Virus record (IMG/VR): IMGVR_UViG_3300008259_000020
Location: 34,991-98,990 of that record
Direction: 5' to 3' (one strand)
DNA: 64,000 bases
Source of the DNA: a virus
Lineage: Duplodnaviria; Heunggongvirae; Uroviricota; Caudoviricetes
Part shown: positions 19,754 to 28,436 of the stretch, one piece after another
Numbering within the stretch: the first letter of the stretch is position 1
Layout: each line of letters begins with the position of its first letter
The notes under the pieces: model-generated
Told to the model about the DNA's origin: nothing
The model's database searches: none
Seen by the model: the letters and a program-made list of their open reading frames with translations, nothing else
Translations under genes and position numbers: made by a program

Positions 19754-20370
19754 TATCTTTTTTCAACAACCTTATCGGCCAACCCATATTCTACTGCTTC
19801 TTCTGCTGATAGGAATGTGTCAAACTTCATGGTGTCGAACATGTCTCCGTAGGTCTTGCCTTTTGCATTGTGTTTTACATACAGTTCTGTAAGACGCTGG
19901 TTAATGCGTTGGCTCTCTTCAAAACTACGACGAGCATCTTCAAACTGTAGTTCTTGCACGTGAACACTACCGCGTGTTCCTGGTGTACCCGAACTTACAC
20001 GGTGAATCATTGTACGTGATTGAGGCAATACATAACGCTTGCCTGCTGCACCTGCTTGTGCAAGAAAACTGCCCATGCTAGCGGCTTGACCCATAACAAT
20101 AGTGCTAACGTCTGGTTTGATAAACTGCATGGTATCGTAGATAGCAAGACCAGCAGTAACCAGTCCGCCTGGGCTATTGATGTAAAGATTGATGTCTTTT
20201 TCAGCATCTACACTTTCAAGAAACAGCATTTGTGCTACAACAAGATTGGCCATGTTGTCTTCAACTGGTCCGTTGAGCATGATAATGCGATCTTTAAGCA
20301 AACGGCTATAGATGTCGTAAGAACGTTCGCCGCGTGATTCTTGTTCGATTACGATAGGTACTAGTGGCAT
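19753..20370 (-). CDS. clpP: ATP-dependent Clp protease proteolytic subunit ClpP
   Basis: [61 protein letters not shown] carries the canonical Ser-His-Asp context and full-length similarity to bacterial ClpP. Confidence 0.9.
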   Translation of the reverse strand: MPLVPIVIEQESRGERSYDIYSRLLKDRIIMLNGPVEDNMANLVVAQMLFLESVDAEKDINLYINSPGGLVTAGLAIYDTMQFIKPDVSTIVMGQAASMGSFLAQAGAAGKRYVLPQSRTMIHRVSSGTPGTRGSVHVQELQFEDARRSFEESQRINQRLTELYVKHNAKGKTYGDMFDTMKFDTFLSAEEAVEYGLADKVVEKR

Positions 20371-20384
20371 TGTATTTCCTTTTA

Positions 20385-21572
20385 TTATAGTGCTTTTAGT
20401 AGAATAGTGTCTTCGTTGATACGTCCGCTGAGTTTAGTGTCAGTGGTTTTAATTTCGTCTAAGAAACGACGCAACTTGATCTTGCCTGCTGCCTTAAATT
20501 CTTTCAGTGTTTCTTCGGGCTTGCGAAGTGTCTTTTGCACACTTTTTTCTTCGTCGTAACCAATAAGAGCACTGCCCTTAACAGTCATTACGCTAGCATC
20601 TTCAGCAGCAACATACTTGCCAAGTTTGCGTGTCTTGATGTTGAATACCCAGATTTCTGCGGCTCCAATCAAGTCCAGCGGGTTAACACTTGCAAGTTGA
20701 TACTTTTCGTCCATTGCTTTGAATTTCAACTTAGCAACGATCTTGTCCTTGCTAGGTGCTTTCTTCACACGCGGCTTACGAGTTGCTTTACTGGTGTCAA
20801 TAACCAGCATACAAGCGCCTACAAGCGTCTCTAGTGCAGTTAGGTATGCTTGTGCATCTTTTTTACTAAGGTGGCTGTAGCCTTCGCGCAATTGCTGTGC
20901 CATATCCTTTTCACGCTCGTCTTTGATCTTGGCAATGGTTTGCGGAGTAGGCAAGTTCTGAATCAAACGTACTTCTTCAAGTTCGCTTTGATAGTTAGAC
21001 ATGATCTTACGTGCATGAGCCTGCGTCACTTTATACTTTGCAAAGTGAGCAGTAAAGTCAAATCCTTTAGGATCAAAGGTTGTCTTATCCGTAACAAAAC
21101 CTTCCAGCCACGCTTCGATGTCTTCCATTGCTTCTGCGGCTTGATCAGCAATACGTTCTTGAATTGTAGGCACAGGTGCAGAGGATTTAGCCGTCTTTTC
21201 TGCTGCACGATCCTTTTTAGCAACCTCTTTGCCTTCTTCGATAAGACCGTCAAGATAACGTTTAAAACCGTTAACATAATCTGTAGGAGGAGCAAGATTA
21301 TTCAGCAGCCAGTGTGCAGTGATTGCCCAATGACTGTAATTAGCCGTCTTCCATTCTGGCAAACGGTTAATGTGTGCAGCATCAGTCTTAGGAAGAAATC
21401 TCTTCACGTATTCTTTGATCTTATTGCTCCATTCGCGGCTTTCAATTTCGTAATGAACGAAATGCTTTGCCTTCCAGAATGTGTCAGTTGGAGCAAGTGC
21501 AAAGCCACTAAGACGACGAGTTGCACGAACAGTTGCTTTTTTCTTGGGTTTAAGAGCGGTAGTACGAGCCAT
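20385..21572 (-). CDS. hypothetical basic protein (395 aa) immediately upstream of clpP
   Basis: Long Lys/Ala/Glu-rich ORF with no recognisable motif. Confidence 0.4.
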   Translation of the reverse strand: MARTTALKPKKKATVRATRRLSGFALAPTDTFWKAKHFVHYEIESREWSNKIKEYVKRFLPKTDAAHINRLPEWKTANYSHWAITAHWLLNNLAPPTDYVNGFKRYLDGLIEEGKEVAKKDRAAEKTAKSSAPVPTIQERIADQAAEAMEDIEAWLEGFVTDKTTFDPKGFDFTAHFAKYKVTQAHARKIMSNYQSELEEVRLIQNLPTPQTIAKIKDEREKDMAQQLREGYSHLSKKDAQAYLTALETLVGACMLVIDTSKATRKPRVKKAPSKDKIVAKLKFKAMDEKYQLASVNPLDLIGAAEIWVFNIKTRKLGKYVAAEDASVMTVKGSALIGYDEEKSVQKTLRKPEETLKEFKAAGKIKLRRFLDEIKTTDTKLSGRINEDTILLKAL

Positions 21573-21620
21573 GTAGATCTCCTCTGTGTTTATAAAATAT
21601 ACGACACTATACAGTAAATG

Positions 21621-21881
21621 TCAACCGCCGTATTTAATCCTATAGAAGGTTTCATACTTGCCATCAAGTTCAAATCCTACTACATATGTAGTCATGAATG
21701 TTGCAGCATTGGCATAATTTTCTAACACTTTTACTTCCGTTGCGTGATCTGCTAGATACTTGAACCATTCCATGGTTCTGTATGCGTTGTCTAGTGTTTT
21801 GTCAAGTTCGACACTGTTTAATATTTGTCCACGCATACTCGAGCCGTGATAGCCTTCTACATCAAACGGCACTTTAATCAT
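21621..21881 (-). CDS. hypothetical protein (86 aa)
   Basis: ORF. Confidence 0.35.
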   Translation of the reverse strand: MIKVPFDVEGYHGSSMRGQILNSVELDKTLDNAYRTMEWFKYLADHATEVKVLENYANAATFMTTYVVGFELDGKYETFYRIKYGG

Positions 21882-22251
21882 ACTGACTATCTACTAATTT
21901 TAATAGCATTTGATACCTTTCGTAAGCAATTTTTGCTGCGGGATTGTTGTTACGAATACGTAATTCTTTTTCGTGACCGTCAACAATCGATTTAGCATAA
22001 CCAGAATAATGATGAGTATCTCTCCAGTTTAGTTGTTCCTCCCAGTATTTTTCCATGCCAATCAGTGTTTCGAAGTCACGCTTGGGCATGTCAATTTGAA
22101 CACTGGGTTCGTATTCGAAGTCGAGATCAAACGGTTCGTAATTAGGGGTTAGAGAGTCCATGCTCATACGCTTGGGCACAGCATAGCGTCTATGCCCAGG
22201 TTGTACGTGAGCACGGTACTTTTTCTTAAAATGTTCTACTTCATCTGTCAT
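21874..22251 (-). CDS. hypothetical protein (125 aa)
   Basis: ORF overlapping its neighbours by a few nucleotides. Confidence 0.35.
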   Translation of the reverse strand: MTDEVEHFKKKYRAHVQPGHRRYAVPKRMSMDSLTPNYEPFDLDFEYEPSVQIDMPKRDFETLIGMEKYWEEQLNWRDTHHYSGYAKSIVDGHEKELRIRNNNPAAKIAYERYQMLLKLVDSQYD

Positions 22252-22513
22252 TAACTAATGTTCCGTATTTCATAGCAAATATGCTGCCGTATTTGGTGTT
22301 GTTAGGCACAAAGAAAACATTGTGGTAAGTTTCGTAAGAATCAACTGCACGGCCAAATTTATCCACTACTGGTACTTCTTCAAAGTAGAGTTTTTGTACT
22401 GCTTTACGAGCAAGTGCAGTGTCAATACCCAATACTGCGACGGCAGCAAATGGACTAGACTCCGGCGGAGGATGCCCAATATGTCCCATAATTCTACCAA
22501 GTTTGTAGATCAC
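22241..22513 (-). CDS. hypothetical protein (90 aa)
   Basis: ORF. Confidence 0.35.
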   Translation of the reverse strand: MIYKLGRIMGHIGHPPPESSPFAAVAVLGIDTALARKAVQKLYFEEVPVVDKFGRAVDSYETYHNVFFVPNNTKYGSIFAMKYGTLVNDR

Positions 22514-23835
22514 AGTTTTTCTCCAGGTGCAAATCCACGGAATGTTTTGAAACGTGGAAAACGTAGGCTGTAGGTGCCATCTTGATTCTGTGTTACTGCA
22601 TCAGCCCTAACTTCCACAAGAGATCCAGCAAGACTATCACGGTCAGCCCAAAAAGCAATACGCTGCTCGTCTGTGAGACCGCTACCAACATTGACCCTAA
22701 TATCTTTCCCGTCATCCTGCCCAGCGCATACCAAAGCCCCGAGTCTTCCTGTGTTTTTTCCTGTGCCTTCTTCATAGCCAACAATCTCCAGTGTTACTTC
22801 GATAAACGGTTTTGCTTTAAGCCAACTTGCACTGCGCTTGCACTCGTAAGGTGCATCAACGTCTTTGATCATCACACCTTCATACCCACCGTCTACAGCC
22901 GCCTTATTAAGTGCTACAAAGCGTAGGTAGCCTTCTGCGGTATCCAGGTCTACAGTTTCCCAACCCAGTGCTGTAACGTGCTGTAGCGTGTTTGCGTGGT
23001 CTTCAACCCAATGACTGACCATTTCACTGCGAACACTTTGGTTAAAACTATAAACTTTGTTCTTAAAATTACCCAGCGGAATAATGTCAAACAAGTTCAA
23101 CACTGCATCCTTTGCATCGACATCTTTCTTACGCTGCACTTGACGCATAAGATCTTGAAAACTAGCACTCATAATTTCGCCATCAAGTACCAACGGATAC
23201 GGTGCAGGATGATCTTTCAACACAGCACGAATTTCTTCAATGATGTGATCAAAGTTATGAAACTGTTTGCCATTACGACTAAACATTTCAATGCTTTTAC
23301 CGTGTACATCATTGATAACAACGAGCACACGAACGCCGTCTAGTTTAACTTCAATCTGTTTCTTGCCACGCATTTTATCTTCGTGGTTAGCACTGTCGTG
23401 AGCAAGTTGGCATTCAAATACCGGCACTTGATACTCAGGGTGTTTTTTACACACTTTGTTAACAGTTTTTTCGCTCATGCCACAACGCAGGTCTTTGATA
23501 AGAATACGACGATACCAATCATTCCACTGTCGCTGTGTAGCAACGTTCATTGCTAGTTCGATAGCATCACGTGCAGCATGACCTGTTAAGTTTCGATACT
23601 GCAAATCTTGGGCAAGTTTCAGGAAAACAGTCCACGGTAGCCCTTGGCCTGCATCCGCGTTTTTAAATGGCACCTGCTTGACACCGTATGTGATCAATGG
23701 GTCCAGTGCCATTCTAACACCTTCAAAAAACTCGTCAAGACCTTCTGCAACTGCTGCCGCTAGAATTGCTTCTTTGTCCAGTCGGCTGTTGTGATTTTCA
23801 AGGTTGCGAATAATCACGTCTGGTTGTGTACGCAT
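22510..23835 (-). CDS. ATP-dependent DNA ligase
   Basis: Motif I KLDGVRVLVV (KxDG), EGVMIKD (motif IV) and an OB-fold-like C-terminus. Typical length of 441 aa. Confidence 0.8.
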   Translation of the reverse strand: MRTQPDVIIRNLENHNSRLDKEAILAAAVAEGLDEFFEGVRMALDPLITYGVKQVPFKNADAGQGLPWTVFLKLAQDLQYRNLTGHAARDAIELAMNVATQRQWNDWYRRILIKDLRCGMSEKTVNKVCKKHPEYQVPVFECQLAHDSANHEDKMRGKKQIEVKLDGVRVLVVINDVHGKSIEMFSRNGKQFHNFDHIIEEIRAVLKDHPAPYPLVLDGEIMSASFQDLMRQVQRKKDVDAKDAVLNLFDIIPLGNFKNKVYSFNQSVRSEMVSHWVEDHANTLQHVTALGWETVDLDTAEGYLRFVALNKAAVDGGYEGVMIKDVDAPYECKRSASWLKAKPFIEVTLEIVGYEEGTGKNTGRLGALVCAGQDDGKDIRVNVGSGLTDEQRIAFWADRDSLAGSLVEVRADAVTQNQDGTYSLRFPRFKTFRGFAPGEKL

Positions 23836-23888
23836 GGAAACTCCTTTGGTTAGTTTGATTATAACTTAAACGATATTTTAGTCAAGAG

Positions 23889-23914
23889 AAAAGGCACCCT
23901 AGGGTGCCTTTTGT
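23889..23914. terminator. bidirectional intrinsic terminator hairpin
   Basis: aaaaGGCACCCTAGGGTGCCtttt: a perfect GC-rich stem flanked by A and T runs. Confidence 0.6.
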
Positions 23915-23925
23915 ATCTGTTGCGT

Positions 23926-24010
23926 TGGTGCCCACTGCCGGACTCGAACCGGCACTCCAGAGGAAGCAAATTTTAAGTCTGCCGCGGCTACCAATTTCAC
24001 CAAGCGGGCA
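23926..24010 (-). tRNA. tRNA-Leu (UAA), type II, CCA encoded
   Basis: Minus-strand cloverleaf: acceptor TGCCCGC/GTGGGCA, anticodon loop CTTAAAA, long variable arm, T-arm GCCGGTTCGAGTCCGGC, 3' CCA. Confidence 0.75.
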
Positions 24011-24012
24011 TT

Positions 24013-24408
24013 TTATTTTTTATACTTATCACCGGTAACTTGACCGGCACTCATTATAATAACTGGAATACGTTTAATATTCATTTCACGAAATGCAAAG
24101 TAACGATGATGTCCATCAATTACTTGATAAGTGTTTTCTCGTGGAATTCTTCTTACTAGTATTGGAGGTATCTTGCTGATATCTCGTTTTATCTGTTTTT
24201 TAATACTGTTTATATTTGCTCTAGCATCAACATCTTTAGTATCACCTTTACCGTCTCCTTCGAATCTAGATCGGATCTGATTCATAGGCATTACAACAAC
24301 TCGGTTGTATTCGTTTTTAAAATCAGTTACATTGGCACCGACAGTACTGTCACCAGTTTCAGGATCAACGTCTTTGGTTATTTTTGCTACTACTTCAAAT
24401 ATTTTCAT
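24013..24408 (-). CDS. ParB-like nuclease domain protein
   Basis: YQVIDGHHRYFAFRE is the ParB/Srx DGHHR box. Start set at MKIFEVV because the longer ORF would overlap tRNA-Leu(CAA). Confidence 0.55.
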   Translation of the reverse strand: MKIFEVVAKITKDVDPETGDSTVGANVTDFKNEYNRVVVMPMNQIRSRFEGDGKGDTKDVDARANINSIKKQIKRDISKIPPILVRRIPRENTYQVIDGHHRYFAFREMNIKRIPVIIMSAGQVTGDKYKK

Positions 24409-24423
24409 ATAGTATTTATTATT

Positions 24424-24507
24424 TGGTGCCCCAGGAGGGACTTGAACCCCCACGCCTTGCGGCAAAAGATTTTGAATCTTCCGTGGCTACCATTACACCA
24501 CTAGGGC
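24424..24507 (-). tRNA. tRNA-Leu (CAA), type II, CCA encoded
   Basis: Acceptor GCCCTAG/CTGGGGC, anticodon loop TTCAAAA, long variable arm, T-arm GGGGGTTCAAGTCCCTC. Confidence 0.7.
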
Positions 24508-24732
24508 AAAGTGTTGTTTAAAGGTGGCATCAGCACTTGTCTAGTACAAATTTATCGGGCCCAGCTGCGTTCAAACAACTATGTGTCTGTTTTTACACCT
24601 ACGTAAGGACTAGAATGTTTTTTATCCTTACTCCTTTAAACAATATAGTAATTAGCCTAGCAATAACCTATAGCATATCGCCGGGTCGCGGTCGACTCAC
24701 TTCCCTTACACCCCCAAGGTGCAGGCTAAAAT

Positions 24733-24808
24733 TGGTTGCGGTGGGCAGGACTCGAACCTGCGATTTACTGGTTATGAGCCAGTCGAGATGCCGCTTCTCT
24801 ACCCCGCA
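24733..24808 (-). tRNA. tRNA with CAU anticodon (Met, fMet or Ile2), imperfect acceptor/T junction
   Basis: D-arm GAGAAGCGGCATCTC, anticodon arm ACTGG-CTCATAA-CCAGT, T-arm GCAGGTTCGAGTCCTGC. The acceptor pairing has a mismatch or an extra C, so the boundaries are approximate. Confidence 0.5.
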
Positions 24809-24959
24809 ATATTCTGTTTACACATACACCCCAGCGCATTGCGTGTTTCAGTAAAGTTTGGGTGGCCGACCCTCATCTACGGGATGTATGTGTAAACAGA
24901 CTTAACTAGTTGAACAGTCTCGGAAATGGAGTAGTCGCCTACAGCCAAGTGGGTCGGAA

Positions 24960-26095
24960 CTCGAAAACTGTTCAACAAGTTAAGTTAAAAGATATGCCAA
25001 TCCTCTTATCACTTTCCACAAACGGTACCGGTTTTTGAACTAACATATCGTCAAACTTAATTTTTGCATAGGCTGAGATTATGCCTTGCTGTAGGAGCCT
25101 TTGACCATTACCGTTAGCCTTGCGAGCCACGTTCTGTCGTTATCCACAAGAGCCTTTTACGGTCATCTTGTATCTCCCAGTGGTGCCTTTTTTGGAGAGT
25201 GGCGTTTCTCTCGTCGCACGTTGCTACTCGTCCTTCTATCTTTCGTCTGCCTTGCGAGCAGTTCACAGTCGCTAAACCGTTACGCTATCTTTCCGAACAA
25301 CTACATCAGCCTTGCGAGCATCCGTAGACCACATTCTCTTGCGAGTGTGGCATTAACCACCTTTCACAACGTACCGGGACAGTCTTTCGCTTTTGTTTAT
25401 CAAAGAAGGGATTGAACCTTCGCCGATTCCGTTCAATGGAATTGCTCTACCGCTGAGCTATTTGCGAACCTACTTCGATGTGCTGTCCCAGTTGCTTCAC
25501 GTCTTGTTAGACGCAAAATACAACACACCGACTGTCTTTTGCCTTGCGGGCTACTCAACGTCTTTTTAAGTATCCGGGGCCTAACCCTTCCACTCTCAAG
25601 ATGCTAACTTGCCTTTGCTTGCGGGCTCAGACTAGTTAACTACCTGTTAACTTTCGGCATTCGTTAGTTTGGCTGAACAGTGTTTGGGCGCCAACCCTCT
25701 TATCGCTCACCGACCGGCTCTGCGACTATCCTTTCGGACACTATTCCTAACTTACTGCCTACCGCCTTTCTACGGACGGGAGTTGCTTTCGGTACCCGAG
25801 TCAACTCTAGTTCAGGCTTGCTTAGATGGACCATTGCTGGCGCAAGTTTATAGGAAACCTTGCTTTGGGTGCATTACTGCACTTACCCTTACGTGGACGC
25901 TAAGCCGCCCATCTTACTGTGTTTACAACGATATATTGTTTATCTTATCGTCAGTCGATAGACATAGTGGTTAGCATTGCCATTTCAACTTATTGTCAGT
26001 AGCGTGTGGCCCTGTTGTTTCGCTAGGAACCACCCTAGTTACTTGACAGTGCTACTACCCAATATACCTGTGTAAACACAGTGTTTACCAAATTA
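24960..26095. other. ~1.1-kb ORF-poor region inside the tRNA array carrying an iterated 11-13-mer (A)GCCTTGCG(A/G)GC(A)
   Basis: Copies at about 25111, 25251 and 25311 (identical AGCCTTGCGAGCA) and variants at 25341, 25533 and 25616. Only short plus-strand ORFs that look spurious. Confidence 0.4.
25400..25470 (-). ncRNA. degenerate tRNA-like element (D-, anticodon- and T-arms present, acceptor stem unpaired)
   Basis: TAGCTCAGCGGTAGAGC D-arm, ATTCC-ATTGAAC-GGAAT anticodon arm (UGA anticodon with a short variable arm) and GAAGGTTCAATCCCTTC T-arm, but the 5' and 3' ends pair at only 5 of 7 positions. Confidence 0.35.
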
Positions 26096-26200
26096 TCAAA
26101 GAGCGTGTAAACAACTTCTTGCTTACTTGTTTAATATAGTGCATGTTGCACCAAAGGTCAACCACTTTTTTATCTTTTTTTATTTTTTTTTGGAGCGGGT
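26096..26200. repeat. copy A of a ~100-bp dispersed repeat (TCAAAGAGCGTGTAA...TTTTTT...GGAGC)
   Basis: Shares an identical 15-mer TCAAAGAGCGTGTAA and a conserved downstream CTTGC-TTACT-TGTTTA-ATAG-G segment and T-runs with copy B at 28940-29037. Confidence 0.6.
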
Positions 26201-26266
26201 AACGGGATTCGAACCCGTGACCTGGTGCTTGGCAAGCAGCCGCTCTACCCCTGAGCTACACCCGCA
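26191..26266 (-). tRNA. tRNA-Gly (GCC), CCA encoded
   Basis: Acceptor GCGGGTG/TACCCGC, D-arm GCTCAGGGGTAGAGC, anticodon loop TTGCCAA (one C:C mismatch in the stem), T-arm ACGGGTTCGAATCCCGT. Confidence 0.65.
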
Positions 26267-26312
26267 TTTTAAGTTTGTAGTGATTATTAAATTCACTATG
26301 TAGACAATTTAA

Positions 26313-26388
26313 TGGTGCCGGTAGAGAGATTCGAACTCCCCACCTGATGATTACTAATCAACTGCTCTACCAAATGAGCTATACCGGC
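26313..26388 (-). tRNA. tRNA, anticodon ambiguous (loop TTAGTAA, formally AGU; self-complementary TGATTA/TAATCA)
   Basis: Acceptor GCCGGTA/TACCGGC, D-arm GCTCATTTGGTAGAGC, T-arm GGGAGTTCGAATCTCTC and CCA. The anticodon arm GTTGA-TTAGTAA-TCATC has a T:T mismatch. Confidence 0.55.
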
Positions 26389-27092
26389 AAATTATTATAA
26401 AATGGAATAACCACATTTTCAGCAAATGCTTCGTGTTGTTTTCCTGAAGGATGATCATCTCCCGGTGTAGGAAAGTCGTTGGGCATGTTATCTCTAGACC
26501 ATTCGTAGCAACCCTTAACTGGTACAAATCTTGTCCAGTCTACCATTTCTTTTAAATATTCTGTTTGCATAGTATTGACATTACTCTCATCAAATGTGCT
26601 TTGATTCATATTACTAAAAAAGTATTTTATATTATTTACTTTCAAGTAATTTTGCAATCTTAGAATATTTTCATAGGTTCTGATTAAATCAAATGTGTTG
26701 TTTGTATAAATCTTATAATGATTCGTTGAAAATCGACTAGGAAAACTTGCATTAATCAATACCCATTTGCCTGCAGGATCATTTTTTGGCCACGCTAGGT
26801 GACTGGCTTCGGATATGTTTGGCTTTGATAATTGATTTAATACAAATGAGTTTTCTACATAAAATGATGCTCTGTTGGCAGCACTCCACATAACCCCAAC
26901 TACTATATCTTTCGATTCTACATTGTTTTTGAATAAATCATTAACTTGATAAATTGCACGTCTAGCGATATGCTCATTTCCATTACTGCCCAATCCCATT
27001 GGGTAATGGGCATATTTCATTTTTTTTGCAAAATGAAAGGGCCAAGTATGATTGTCGTATGTAAATGAGCATCCGCTTGATACAAAGTGCAT
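26379..27092 (-). CDS. SGNH/GDSL-like hydrolase paralog 2
   Basis: SGCSFTY near the N-terminus and DDHPSG near the C-terminus. Homologous in layout to 19028-19753. Confidence 0.4.
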   Translation of the reverse strand: MHFVSSGCSFTYDNHTWPFHFAKKMKYAHYPMGLGSNGNEHIARRAIYQVNDLFKNNVESKDIVVGVMWSAANRASFYVENSFVLNQLSKPNISEASHLAWPKNDPAGKWVLINASFPSRFSTNHYKIYTNNTFDLIRTYENILRLQNYLKVNNIKYFFSNMNQSTFDESNVNTMQTEYLKEMVDWTRFVPVKGCYEWSRDNMPNDFPTPGDDHPSGKQHEAFAENVVIPFYNNLPV

Positions 27093-27183
27093 ATTTTATT
27101 TATCCCTCATATAGATCTTCGTAATCAATATCGTCATCGTCTTCTAACCAATCGGTATCGGACGAAGTTTGATCAACAGTTTA

Positions 27184-27260
27184 ATGGTCGGAGTGACAGG
27201 ATTTGAACCCACGACATCTTGGTCCCAAACCAAGCGCTCTACCAAACTGAGCTACACTCC
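27184..27260 (-). tRNA. tRNA-Pro (UGG)
   Basis: Acceptor CGGAGTG/CACTCCG, loop TTTGGGA, T-loop TTCAAAT, CCA. Confidence 0.75.
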
Positions 27261-27266
27261 GATATA

Positions 27267-27342
27267 CTGGCTGGGAAGGGTGGATTCGAACCACCAACCA
27301 ACGGATTCAAAGTCCGGTACTCTACCAATTGAGCTACTTCCC
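27267..27342 (-). tRNA. tRNA-Gln (UUG)
   Basis: Acceptor TGGGAAG/CTTCCCA, anticodon arm CCGGA-CTTTGAA-TCCGT, T-arm GGTGGTTCGAATCCACC, CCA. Confidence 0.8.
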
Positions 27343-27348
27343 AACATT

Positions 27349-27431
27349 TTGGTGCGGATAGAGGGACTCGAACCCCCACGCTTACGCACTAGTTCCTAAG
27401 ACTAGCGTGGCTACCATTACACCATATCCGC
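27349..27431 (-). tRNA. tRNA-Leu (UAG), type II
   Basis: Acceptor GCGGATA/TATCCGC, anticodon arm CTAGT-CTTAGGA-ACTAG, long variable arm, T-arm GGGGGTTCGAGTCCCTC, CCA. Confidence 0.8.
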
Positions 27432-27435
27432 ATTA

Positions 27436-27511
27436 ATGGTGCCCCCAGCAGGACTTGAACCCGCGACCCCCTGATTACAAATCAGGTGCTCTACCAGCTG
27501 AGCTATAAGGG
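27436..27511 (-). tRNA. tRNA-Thr (UGU)
   Basis: Acceptor GCCCTTA/TGGGGGC, anticodon arm CCTGA-TTTGTAA-TCAGG, T-arm GCGGGTTCAAGTCCTGC, CCA. Confidence 0.8.
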
Positions 27512-27521
27512 CAAAAACTTT

Positions 27522-27595
27522 TTGGAGCGGGTAACGAGATTCGAACTCGTGACAAGAGCTTGGAAGGCTCGCATGTTACCGCTACACCATACCCG
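27522..27595 (-). tRNA. tRNA-Gly (UCC)
   Basis: Acceptor GCGGGTA/TACCCGC, loop CTTCCAA, T-arm ACGAGTTCGAATCTCGT, CCA. Confidence 0.75.
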
Positions 27596-27602
27596 CATTA
27601 TA

Positions 27603-27678
27603 TTGGCGACCTGTACCGGGATCGAACCGGTGTTCTTCTGCGTGACAGGCAGACGTATTAACCACTTTACCAACAGGC
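27603..27678 (-). tRNA. tRNA-Asp (GUC)
   Basis: Perfect acceptor GGCCTGT/ACAGGTC, anticodon arm TCTGC-CTGTCAC-GCAGA, T-arm ACCGGTTCGATCCCGGT, CCA. Confidence 0.85.
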
Positions 27679-27869
27679 CAAAAGCATCACACACGGCTTA
27701 CAAGTTCCGTCCCACCACTATGTGAAAGGTGTGATGCAACACTGTATACTACGCCGTTCCAAACCAACATCTAGTGTTGATATGCTATTTAAAGCCACGC
27801 ACTGCTATTTCAAACAGTTACTCACGATGCTATGCTTACGCTACTAGGAGGTTCACAGTGTGTTTATTA

Positions 27870-27957
27870 TGGCGGAAGCGGTGAGATTCGAACTCACGGT
27901 ACCTTGCGGTACGCTGGTTTTCAAGACCAGAGCCATCAACCACTCGGCCACACTTCC
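27870..27957 (-). tRNA. tRNA-Ser (UGA), type II
   Basis: Acceptor GGAAGTG/CGCTTCC, anticodon arm CTGGT-CTTGAAA-ACCAG, long variable arm CGTACCGCAAGGTACC, T-arm GTGAGTTCGAATCTCAC, CCA. Confidence 0.85.
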
Positions 27958-27964
27958 GTATATT

Positions 27965-28040
27965 TGGCACAGGAGCAAGGACTTGAACCCTGGACATTCG
28001 GTTTTGGAGACCGACGCTCTACCAACTGAGCTACACCTGC
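27965..28040 (-). tRNA. tRNA-Trp (CCA)
   Basis: D-arm GCTCAGTTGGTAGAGC, anticodon arm TCGGT-CTCCAAA-ACCGA, T-arm CAGGGTTCAAGTCCTTG. The acceptor has one T:T mismatch. Confidence 0.7.
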
Positions 28041-28046
28041 ATATAT

Positions 28047-28121
28047 TGGTGCGGAATGAGAGGGTCGAACTCCCGACAACCTCGGTGTAAACGAGGGGCT
28101 CTACCACTGAGCTAATTCCGC
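28047..28121 (-). tRNA. tRNA-Val (UAC)
   Basis: Acceptor GCGGAAT/ATTCCGC, anticodon arm CCTCG-TTTACAC-CGAGG, T-arm GGGAGTTCGACCCTCTC, CCA. Confidence 0.85.
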
Positions 28122-28124
28122 ATA

Positions 28125-28340
28125 TCACTGTTTACCGCGTGACTAGAAAACTTGCCATCAAAGCGGGATTTGTTAATTGCTTGTTAATCTCTGGGCTTCC
28201 CCGTTAATCTTCAAGTTCTTAACTGGTCTCGGACTGCAACTTTGATACCGTGTTTACTGATTGTGCAGTACTGTTCAAGTTAAACAACTTACACAATGTT
28301 CAACGCGGCTTTTCTAGCCCCTCGGAAAACAGTGATTATA
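28125..28340. mobile_element. ~215-bp insertion-like element bounded by 12-bp terminal inverted repeats inside the tRNA array (MITE-like, or a structured RNA)
   Basis: ATATCACTGTTT at 28129-28140 pairs with AAACAGTGAT(T)ATAT at 28327-28341. Inner arms CTAGAAAAC and GCTTTTCTAG. No ORF, and it occupies the only long gap between tRNA-Val and tRNA-Ala. Confidence 0.35.
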
Positions 28341-28344
28341 TTAA

Positions 28345-28420
28345 TGGTGGACCCTGCCGGGATCGAACCGGCGACATTATGCTTGCAAAGCATACGCTCT
28401 CCCAACTGAGCTAAGAGCCC
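28345..28420 (-). tRNA. tRNA-Ala (UGC)
   Basis: Acceptor GGGCTCT/AGGGTCC, anticodon arm TATGC-TTTGCAA-GCATA, T-arm GCCGGTTCGATCCCGGC, CCA. Confidence 0.85.
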
Positions 28421-28436
28421 GTATATTGGCGGAGCG

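Noticed and set aside
20850-21617. 255-aa plus-strand ORF antisense to 20385-21572
   Set aside because: Cys/Phe/Leu-rich low-complexity translation on the strand opposite a well-behaved gene, with no start context.
25400-25470. tRNA-like element with 5'-TGA-3' anticodon as a stop-codon suppressor
   Set aside because: The anticodon TGA (UGA) pairs with the UCA serine codon, not with a stop. The element also lacks acceptor-stem pairing and a Ser-type long arm, so it is probably non-functional or a decoy.
25101-25974. Plus-strand ORFs 25101-25415 and 25669-25974, and the idea that the many CGCAAG words are GNRA tetraloops of a large structured RNA (intron or RNase P-like)
   Set aside because: The ORFs are low-complexity and sit in the iteron region on the strand opposite to all local transcription. 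When folded, the GCCTTGCGAGC words do not form closed stems around GCAA (only 2-3 bp), so they are better explained as a repeated sequence motif than as tetraloop hairpins.
26096-26130. MotA-box-like TTGCTTA in repeat copy A as a T4 middle promoter
   Set aside because: Spacing to any TAnnnT -10 element is 9 nt, not 12-13, the box is not conserved in copy B, and it faces away from all local genes.
27169-28128. Plus- and minus-strand ORFs 27169-27399, 27486-27725, 27832-28029, 27860-28090, 27853-28128 and 27503-27694
   Set aside because: They lie entirely across back-to-back tRNA genes. Their translations (GFEPTTS..., GIEPVFF...) are the typical reading of T-arm sequence. They are not genes.
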